Positions 37,501 through 43,800 of a stretch of DNA of 64,000 nt are shown in pieces; positions within the stretch are counted from its first letter, which is position 1, and every line of letters starts with the position of its first letter. The position numbers and the translations under genes are program-made. The DNA lies in the sequence record KJ019103.1; one strand, given 5' to 3'. Under the pieces are notes generated by a model, which saw only the letters and a program-made list of their open reading frames with translations, was not told where the DNA came from and made no database searches.

Positions 37501-40440
37501 CAGGCAGATATCCCACACACATATGTGAATGGTGGAACTGTAAGACCAGGTAACAAGTTTGATGTGGCAACCGCAACCTACAATACTGAAAATGGTATTG
37601 TTAGAGTTACTACCACTGAAGATAACTACTTGGTTCTTGGTAGAGGAGTTAACCTACAGGGTCTAAACTTCTCCTGTACCTCTGGTGGTCCTAACAACAA
37701 ACCTGGAACACTAACCTTCCCCGACAAAACACCAACCAATGTAACCGCCGCCACATATGATAGTGTGACTGGTGTATTACGTATCACAACCAACAGACCT
37801 CACCAAGCATACAAGGACGCGTTTGTATCCCTAAACGGACTAACCTTCACTTGTGATCCAGGTGGTCCTCTAGTATTCCCTAGAAACCCTGATACTAAGT
37901 CCTTCAGAGTTACTAAGAGAGTTGATGACTACACATATGAGTGTCAGTTGGCACCGACCAATAAGGTTCATACGTATCTAAGTGGTGGTACTTCCTCCAC
38001 AGGAAACGGAAACTTCAGAGTTTCCCGTCTCATTGATACAAAGACCTTCGAAGTCACAATGGTTCCACTAGATCTACCACATACCTATGTGAATGGTGGT
38101 TCCGCCGCTAGTGTATTCACTAGACAGATCATTGATGGAATCAACATCAACACTAGGAAGTGTGCTAGAGACGTTAGACGTATCTACCTCGCAGTGGCAC
38201 ACGATATCACTCGTGGTGGTAACTGGAAGTGTGTTGAAGGAGCGAAACTCTACTACGATAACGTGGGTCAAACCAAGTTTATCTCTGGTGGTGAAGTAAA
38301 TCAAACCGTTGAGGCACTTGACTTCTCCCTAAACATTGTTAGATGTTTAATCAACAACGTAACATGGGGTGGAGTTCCAAGAGGTTATCTCACTAAGGGT
38401 GAGAGAAGTGAACTAAGAATTCCATCTTCAGCTAAGACTTCAGTGGTTGGTTTCAGACAACAACTACTTTCCAACCAATACACTACTCAGAAGAAGAGTA
38501 TTTCTGGTATGGTATACGATAACCTTACGGGTATCGCAACCGTCACCACTAAACTCTCACATGAACTCATCAAGTATGATGGTATTCAACTCTCAGATAT
38601 TGAGATGAGATGTACTGGTAGTCCAAGGATTACCACCAATGTATTCCCTGATGGGACACAAGGTGAGATCTTTGAAGTTATGGAAACTCTAGATGATAGA
38701 GTAGCATACATCGTAACTGACGCGTCATACACCAACACCACTGGTAAGTTGGTAGTAACAACAACAGGAAACAATGATATTCCTGTTGGATCAAGAGCAA
38801 AACTAGATGGTTTACTCTGGACTTGTTCATACGATCCTTCAAAACAACTTAAGTTCCCAGAGAACAGGAAGTTCCGTTATGAGGTTATCGCAAAACCAGA
38901 TGGTACAACACTAGAGTTCAATGTTGGTATCTCTACGATTCCACACACATTTGTTCCAGCTCCTATAGATGTTGAATACACAGTCAAGGAGGATCCAGTT
39001 AAGTTTAAGGTTCATGTTGGTACAGTTTCCTTCCCACACACCTACTTCGGTGGTGGAACAGTATGGCACAAACTACCATTCACTCCACCTTTCACCCAAA
39101 CACAGATCAAAGACGTATCACAACAGAAGGATCCAGTCCAATTCTCCAATAATACTCCTAACGGATGTGCTAATGTATTCTCCGCTATCAGTAATTGTAT
39201 TGGTGTTGTTACTAGTATCGTAGCAGATGGATTAGAAGGATCAGGTATCTCCACAACTTATCCAGGTAACAATGGTAAGGGAGTTCCAACGATGGCAGAG
39301 ATGCCTTCACAGGGTGTTGGTAACATTATCAAGGGTCCATACATCAGAAACTGTACTAACTTCGTTCCCAAGTCTATTGGTATGAGAATGGATGGTTTCG
39401 ACGCAGAACCTGGTGATGAAATCTCCAATGGTGTTCAAGGTTCATCTAACGTTGACTCCTTCACCCAGTTCAACCCTGGTGGTGTTGGTTGTTCCATCTC
39501 TAACGGAACCTACCAACAGTTGGTTTCTATCTTCACTATCTGTTGTGATGAAGCAATCGTATGTGACTCTGGAGCACAACTCGACCTCACTAACTCCAAC
39601 TCTTCCTTCGGTAGATTGGGTCTAGTCGCAAGAGGTATTGGTGATAAACTCTCCAAGTGTATCGACAGATATACTGGTATCGTCGCCAAAGAGGCATCAA
39701 TCGAAGATGACCTAGTTGTTGTGAAGGGTATTGGTGATAAGAGACCCTACGATGGTCAGGGTATTTTCTTCGGAGAACTCTTCAGGGATGTGGTTAGTAT
39801 CGAAGTTCTGGACGGTGGTTCAGGTTACAACGATGATATTCCACCTAACGCGTTTGTCGCAGAACCTACTGGTCCCGCTGGTATTAAGGCGGAAGTTTCA
39901 CCAACAGTCAGAGATGGTGTTGTTGTTTCTATCGAGGTTATCGCAAATGGTAACCAATACAGAGAGAAATTCCCTGAGGTTGTAATATCACCTCCTAAGA
40001 GTCCTCTTGGTAGAACCGCAAAAGCAAGGGCAATTACCGAACCTCTCTACTATAATGTAGAAAGTTCTTCCCCACCTGAAGAGGGTACAACTAGTATCAT
40101 TTTCAAACAGCGTCTAAATAATACCGTATCGGTAGGCACAACTGTATTCTTCTCTAGATTAAGTCTACAGATTGCCTCCTCTCACTCCTTCGAATACATT
40201 GGTGCTGGTAACAGCATTAACGGAGCAAGACCTTCTGAAGGTGGAGTTCCAATTAAGGAAAATGAGATCGTGAAGGAAGACGGTGGTTCAATTGTCTATA
40301 CCTCCACTGACCAGGCAGGTAACTTTAACATTGGTGACGATTTCGTTATCAACCAGTTCACTGGTACTATCACTGGTAGATCGTTCGATCAATCAGTCCT
40401 AAATAAAGTTACTCCACTCATCATCGCCCTAGACAGTTAA
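28537..40440 (+). CDS. Giant virion structural/fibre protein (3967 aa) with a split beta-helix and about 31 nested repeat domains
   Basis: Late promoter at 28475. N-terminal fibre-attachment motif KIKFKRS...LQLGELGINYNDGKLF, DUF1565-like FVSTKGNDNNSG, and C-terminal SSHSFEYIGAG...VYTSTDQAGNF block typical of cyanophage structural proteins. Confidence 0.85.
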   Translation: MISTATKIKFKRSGVAGRRPSLADLQLGELGINYNDGKLFFRQENEVVGSRIIEPGQGDVIGKTIFVSTKGNDNNSGLNERDAKRTVKAAAAVAEPGDSIKLYPGQYIEDNPIVFKDRVSVEGMELRNVLVTPANPSKDLYQVGEAFHATNHSFVSNRDSTDGASIITYRPLEGTASDRYFDAARLIRDNLSFIANETVGFLTSGYSGFAAGQRSQDAARALELNKNFIVEEAFQYINSPDYTGATYFNPDPAQCKRDLGNIIDGWRYDLISDGNTRSTGLGLTYYAPIPFVNSANVADLVYNRNNGDVLIETDVDTQVSVGEKIKLQDIRLECGSYNNDFFITGFKYDNTSGIGTVNLPFIHNVKVGDLVKFDGLEFDCPAYGAIEYGIQDFKYNETTGGSVVTLTEDHDLKIGDTIELRDLQFDCPAYGGDFTNIINLEYNKTSGQGVITYDKPADLKSGDVVILYDLTLTCDAYGNAISVTDFSYDNFTGITEVEVNRPHNLRPGDLIKLENLKFSCDSYLNETYKVSNFVYNESTGDSVLTLTEPHSLVAGKNVRLADLVFSCNSYVPTAKAISDFQYDEVVGISTITLASPHNLSVGEQFRLEDLVFSCNSYSFTDIPIIDAPYDNVTGYVTLSFSGDHGQQVGERVRLRDIEYSCPGGSGITTTLFPDGTFGYEFEILSVPNTKKMILNVGTSTIEHSYVSGGTATVGITTTIFPDGTQGFDFNVSSVNSSTVIEASVGISTIAHNYVSGGSLFVGFTTTVFPDGTQGDTFRVNSIPSSTQISVNVGVSSIAHTFVSGGTATDLDSFIPVSGFTYNEGDGTGLVSLDKAHNLVVGDSFVLEDLKFNCNSYRTGGTSTIDITNFEYDKVTGLSTVTLSSSHNLHVNDTVALYDIKFSCPGGSGITTNIFPDGTRDNFYDVVADLNPNQIIVRVGKSDITHTYASGGSLSVGITTNIFPDGTRPSGDFFQVISVPSTKSVLTQVGLSSIAHSYASGGKFYTGITTNVFPQVFTDPNIKVTNAVYDEVSGVITITTNKAHGLTATAPVLLQDLNFSCLSGGVGNTPGNLVFPRNQEVYDVVSVLSTTQYTINVGPSDFAHAYVDGGTSTTQNITKASYNKGTGDLTVTLDKQHGYSVGDRASVVDLLFSCQSGGPNNQPGTLLFPRPTDEYEVLSASGKTLTVNVGAFPSLVHTYKNGGSLTYSSTVLPVSNAVYDQSTGVLTLTTSIALGAPVGSTIKMQGLNFSCASGGPGNDAGAIVFPRLDTPTFKVKEVKSGVSYVINVGTSTLSHTYTSGGFSSLKKLKNDPNIFKVIDTPTPSKVITNVGVSSIAHDYVSGGNMFVGITTNVFPDGTRPDGSRFEVISALSPNQALINIGVSTITHNYDSGGRMQYGTTNERPVLDFLYDGQTGISTVTIRGTHGLNQGDLVKLRGLEFACTNSPGITTTIFPDGTAAGLNIYKVTEIISNSTFKTNVGRVGFDHTYIQGGSAFVGITTNIFPDGTQGYNYTVAAIPNKNQVTVDVGISSIQHDYIRGGSLFSGKTNERDIADFKYDHISGDAVLTFRKAQNLFTQDLVKLKNLQFDCPNSTGITTTLFPDGTRSNLFLIKERLNPTQFKLNVGTSPFGHDYVRGTGQAFVGITTNIFPDTKTQPSKLFKVVDVPTPTTISAKIGVSTISHSYVKGGKVFVGINTDIFPGDEQVSPLGDTYTVQSITKDGELVINVGLSSISHSYGGGGKVLYGQSSGNNLQHITGPGVLDATIAAVDFEKQVAINALNNRPWGSFVPEETAVVEAFAYDNQTGFGTVTARGINVNTGDTIRMSDIQFVCSEEYAGVTTTFFPDNTRPEGQYFRVERRINIDEFEVNIGVSTIKHVFNYETGGNVYRYRQSILDVNYDRSSGITSIRATKHGYKAKDIVELGDIEFDCPVFKPQYDIENFVYDNTTGLSTVTTTVDNTIKVGDNVKLADIKLECPPYGNQRVIDNFVYDNKSGLSTISLTAAHGLNLRPRPSVSISTALYDNQTGILTVTTNADINFTDRSGQGVQLSGLRFSCDSAGFPGTLTYPEENLVYDILEIQSPSKFKINVGLSTIAHEYVNGGAATKVDRFDVKLQGIKFDCPAYGNTIDVTNFLYDQRSGNSLVTVDKAHKLSVGDNIKLADLKFQCAPYGNDYNVLNADYDNTTGIITVTTNQNINGVGVGDTIRLSRLQFDCVGSGPEYNITNVFFNTGNRSVILTVPERPIGLNPGDDIKLTNMSYLEGGSGNVVAYPDGRDSSLNIFRINDVQPNSILPGYFDVTTAFPNVKDPFAIFNNTGRLTTGITTNIYPENVGAEGGFYEVIRLRQDNQFEIQVGTSTITHNYVRQGQMFTGVTTNFFPGNLQNSPRGNIFEIVEVPTATQVRINVGVSSISHSYDSGGQMFVGITTNIFPDGTRGNLFPVVGVANTLTLRIDAGVSSIPHNYVSGGELFVGITTNIFPGNSQNSPRGSIFKVLSKDNECGADRFTINVGVSSITHGYVEGGTVTTGVTTNKFPDGTHGFKFPVIDVLDDNYFTVNVGTSTITHNYISGGFTRRLEVPINSFVYDRVSGLSTVGIQSHRMNIGDLVKLRDVKFNCDPYGGEKTISGVVYDNTSGRMTVNTTGSHSLNINDVVKLSNIQLDCSPYGNERTITAATYNRNNGNLSVQVSEPHNLKISENVKLKGLEFSCSSEHAGVTTTIFPDSTAPSLNIYAIQSITNSTTFMVNVGTSTISHNYVSGGSAFVGITTNIFPGDSQNSPRGSFLSVVDIPASDAFVVNVGVSTISHGYVRGGLVQTGITTDVFPDGTQSDFFKIEDVPSNNTVVINAGISSIIHRYNSGGFAAKYVTYQSNNSQLLDSSVIRVSGDCMAVGERVEELAGIVTSIIKNGPSIAPGGIPVDVVSASYDQSGGALSVTVKDAIDLTPTNIVRIEGLIFECESSGVTNTRVYPDNKVFNYEVLSVQSPTTFTINVGSQADIPHTYVNGGTVRPGNKFDVATATYNTENGIVRVTTTEDNYLVLGRGVNLQGLNFSCTSGGPNNKPGTLTFPDKTPTNVTAATYDSVTGVLRITTNRPHQAYKDAFVSLNGLTFTCDPGGPLVFPRNPDTKSFRVTKRVDDYTYECQLAPTNKVHTYLSGGTSSTGNGNFRVSRLIDTKTFEVTMVPLDLPHTYVNGGSAASVFTRQIIDGININTRKCARDVRRIYLAVAHDITRGGNWKCVEGAKLYYDNVGQTKFISGGEVNQTVEALDFSLNIVRCLINNVTWGGVPRGYLTKGERSELRIPSSAKTSVVGFRQQLLSNQYTTQKKSISGMVYDNLTGIATVTTKLSHELIKYDGIQLSDIEMRCTGSPRITTNVFPDGTQGEIFEVMETLDDRVAYIVTDASYTNTTGKLVVTTTGNNDIPVGSRAKLDGLLWTCSYDPSKQLKFPENRKFRYEVIAKPDGTTLEFNVGISTIPHTFVPAPIDVEYTVKEDPVKFKVHVGTVSFPHTYFGGGTVWHKLPFTPPFTQTQIKDVSQQKDPVQFSNNTPNGCANVFSAISNCIGVVTSIVADGLEGSGISTTYPGNNGKGVPTMAEMPSQGVGNIIKGPYIRNCTNFVPKSIGMRMDGFDAEPGDEISNGVQGSSNVDSFTQFNPGGVGCSISNGTYQQLVSIFTICCDEAIVCDSGAQLDLTNSNSSFGRLGLVARGIGDKLSKCIDRYTGIVAKEASIEDDLVVVKGIGDKRPYDGQGIFFGELFRDVVSIEVLDGGSGYNDDIPPNAFVAEPTGPAGIKAEVSPTVRDGVVVSIEVIANGNQYREKFPEVVISPPKSPLGRTAKARAITEPLYYNVESSSPPEEGTTSIIFKQRLNNTVSVGTTVFFSRLSLQIASSHSFEYIGAGNSINGARPSEGGVPIKENEIVKEDGGSIVYTSTDQAGNFNIGDDFVINQFTGTITGRSFDQSVLNKVTPLIIALDS

Positions 40441-40444
40441 GATC

Positions 40445-40795
40445 ATGGCAGCAGTTGCTTTAAATACGTTCAAAACGGTCAGGCATTTAGTTTCTGATTC
40501 CAATGTGGGGATTTATACATCCCCCATTGGTGTTGCCTCTATTGTCCTATACGCTCAGGCGACACACGTTGCGAACGATGAAAGTGTATATTTCATTAAC
40601 TTTTCACATGCTCGTCCCGACGAGGATCCTGTGCAGTTTGAAATCATTAAGGATGGTCCAGTTATCCCTAATGACGCACTAAACCTATTAACAGGTAGAT
40701 TAGTTCTCGAAACTGGAGACGAACTTAGAGTATCAGGAAATACGACCGGAGATGTGAAGGTTGTTGTTTCTATTCTAGAGACTGCAAAGTCTTAA
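40445..40795 (+). CDS. Small structural partner protein of the giant gene
   Basis: LNTFKT...IYTSP...SIVLYAQ...GRLVLETGD...SILET pattern typical of cyanophage virion accessory proteins. Confidence 0.7.
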   Translation: MAAVALNTFKTVRHLVSDSNVGIYTSPIGVASIVLYAQATHVANDESVYFINFSHARPDEDPVQFEIIKDGPVIPNDALNLLTGRLVLETGDELRVSGNTTGDVKVVVSILETAKS

Positions 40796-40827
40796 TAGCA
40801 TAACACACACACCCAAAGCGTAGACCA

Positions 40828-43800
40828 ATGCCTCTAAATTATCTTACCGGAAGAGTAAGTAGATTACAAGTTGGATTTCCAGGGTTTTCAACAGCAAAGG
40901 ACCTTACAGTTGATGTAGCAGGTGCCATTGGTATTGATACCCAAAACCCAAGAGCAGCTGCCGACTTCCCAGATGTCAGTATCCGTGGTGATATTGTTGA
41001 CTCTGTTGGATTTACCGGTGGTATTGGGTATTTTCTAGCGCAAGATGTTCAGGGTGTTCGGTGGGTAGAGGCTCCACCTATCAACTCTAACGCCATCTTA
41101 GTGTTAGACAATGGAGTTATCGTTGGTGCTGGATCATTCATTGGTCTAAACTTTGACTCTGGTAAGGATGAGGACTTCCTCTCGGTTGTTCCTGACCCAC
41201 TAAACCCACAGATTGCAAAGATTGCATATGATGTTCGTTGGGTAAGATATAATTACGGTAATAATAAAGGTATCTCCACAGGTTTTGGAGATAATGGTGA
41301 CTACTCCTCTATCCCTGGTTATGGAACCACAGAGGCAGTTGGTGTTACCTCAGTTGGTATTGGTACTAACCAACCACTAGATGACTTCCAAGTTGGTATT
41401 GGATCTACTGGTGTTACTATCAACGGACCTCTAGGTCTAGTTGATGCAGAAATTATTAAAGCAAAATCAATCTCGGTTGAAGGAAACCTAGAGGTTGAAT
41501 CACTTATTGTTAGACCTGGTGTTGCCACTCTAACCACTCTAGATGTATTGAACGAGGCGTTCATACCAGTAGAGTATGTTGGTTTCTCCAGCATTCAAGA
41601 TGCAAATATTGATGCTCTCTTTGCTAATCAGTTACTAGCAGGTATTACTACCCTAGGTTTCGGTGGTGAAGATGTATTCATCCTCAACGACTTATATGTT
41701 CAGGGTGGTTTAGGTACCTTCGATGGCGACGTATTCGTTGGTGGAGACCTAACTGTTAAGGGTGAGACGTTCTTCAACCAGATTAACGCAGTCAACTTAT
41801 CAGTATCTGGTATTGCCACTATCGTCCAAGCGGAGATAGCTGTTGGTTTAGTTACCGATCTAAAAGTATCTGGTTTCTCTACACTATCAGATTTCTCATT
41901 CAACATTGGTGTTGGTACATACCTAGAACTAGAAGATCTAGATGTATCTGGTGTTGGTAGTTTTGGTGTTGTCAACTCTGGTGATATTAATGTTAGTGGT
42001 GGTTTAACCGCTAGTGAGATTGATGCAGATAAGGGATACATTGGTATTCTCACAGCAGACTCTATTGTATCTGGTGCAGGTACTATTGGTTCTATCGAGT
42101 CTGATGGGAACCTAACAACACTTAATGATATTATTGTTGGTGGTGCTTCAACCTTCGTTGGTTTGGGTACTTTCCAAGACGATCTCTTTGTTGGTGGTGA
42201 CCTCTTTGTTAGAGGTGATGTTACCTTTAAGAATATTAATGGTGAACAACTACTAATCAGTGGTATTGGTACCATCAAGGAACTAGTCTTTGATAGTGGT
42301 ATTGGAACCTCACTAGAAGTGAGAGATCAGATTACGACTGGTATATCTACGATCAATGAAGCAGATATTCAAGATGCCGCTGTTGAGAGACTCACTGTTG
42401 GTGATGCAGAGATCATCGGTATCGCAACTATTACCGAGATTGATGTAGATAGGGGTAGAGTTGGTATCCTAACTGGTACAGACCTCTCCTATGCTGGTAT
42501 CGGTACTATCACGGAGATTGATGTTGACCAGGGTAGAGTTGGTCTAGTCACTGGTGACACACTACTATACTACGAACAGTCTAGGATCAATAGAGTTACC
42601 TTCTTTGATAACTACCTATCAGTTAATCAGAGTCTAAGAGTTTCTGGTCTCTCCACCTTTGTTGGAACAGGTACATTCTTTAATGACTTGTATGTTGGTG
42701 GTGACCTATATGTTGCTGGTGAACTAAACTTCAAACAACTCAATGGTGAGAACCTATACCTAACTGGTGTTGGTACCATCTATGATTTACGTAACACTGT
42801 TGGTTTCATTACTAACCTCTACGTAGAAGAGTCTGTAACTGGTTTAGCAACCATCAGTAGTCTAGTTGGTTCTTCCGCTACCATCACAGACTTCACTGGA
42901 CAGTCACTACTCATCCAGAATCCATTCAACCCAATGCCTTTGGATCCAACTGGGATCCCAGGACAGGGTGTTATTGATAGTCTCCTAGTTAGAAACCTAA
43001 CTTCTTCTAACAACATTCTAGCCAATGACATTGATGCCAACTTCGTTGACACCGATGATCTAAAGGCTGGTGTTGGTACTATCACTGACCTAGAGTGGAC
43101 TACCGCTGTTGGTGATGACACTACTACCAATACTCTACAGGTTACTGATACAGCAACCATCAATATCATCGATGCCAATCAGATCGATGCCGAAGATGCC
43201 AACATTGGAGTTGCCACCCTCTCTAGTCTCCTAGTAACTGGTGTCACTACCTTCAAGGGTCAGGTTGATATTGAGGATATTGAGTTCGTTGACCAGAGTG
43301 TCACCGGTATTTCCTCCATCAACATTCTCAAGTTTAATGTTGGTTATGGAACTTACCTAGAGGTCACTGACTCAGTAACTGGTGTTGGAACTATTGGTCT
43401 TGCCAGTATCACAACCGCTCAGGTATCCTTCCTAGATGTAAGAGATGAGGTAGTTGGAGCATCCACTATTGGTGTTCTATCAGTAACTGAAGGATTTGCA
43501 GTATCTGGTTTCTCCACCTTTGTTGGTTTCACTACCTATAAAGGAGATGTATTTGTTGATGGTAACTTAACTGTTACTGGTTTCGTTAGTTTCACACAAC
43601 TAAACGCCGATCAATCACAGATTGGTATCCTAACTGTATTCGATGCGTTAGACGCTAGAACGGGTGTTGGTACATTCAAACACCTAGAGACAGTAGATAG
43701 TGCAGTTCTATCAGGTGTATCTACCATTGGACTCACAACCTTCAAGAATGGTGATGTTAATATCAACCGCAACTTAACAGTTGGTGGTATCACTACCTTC

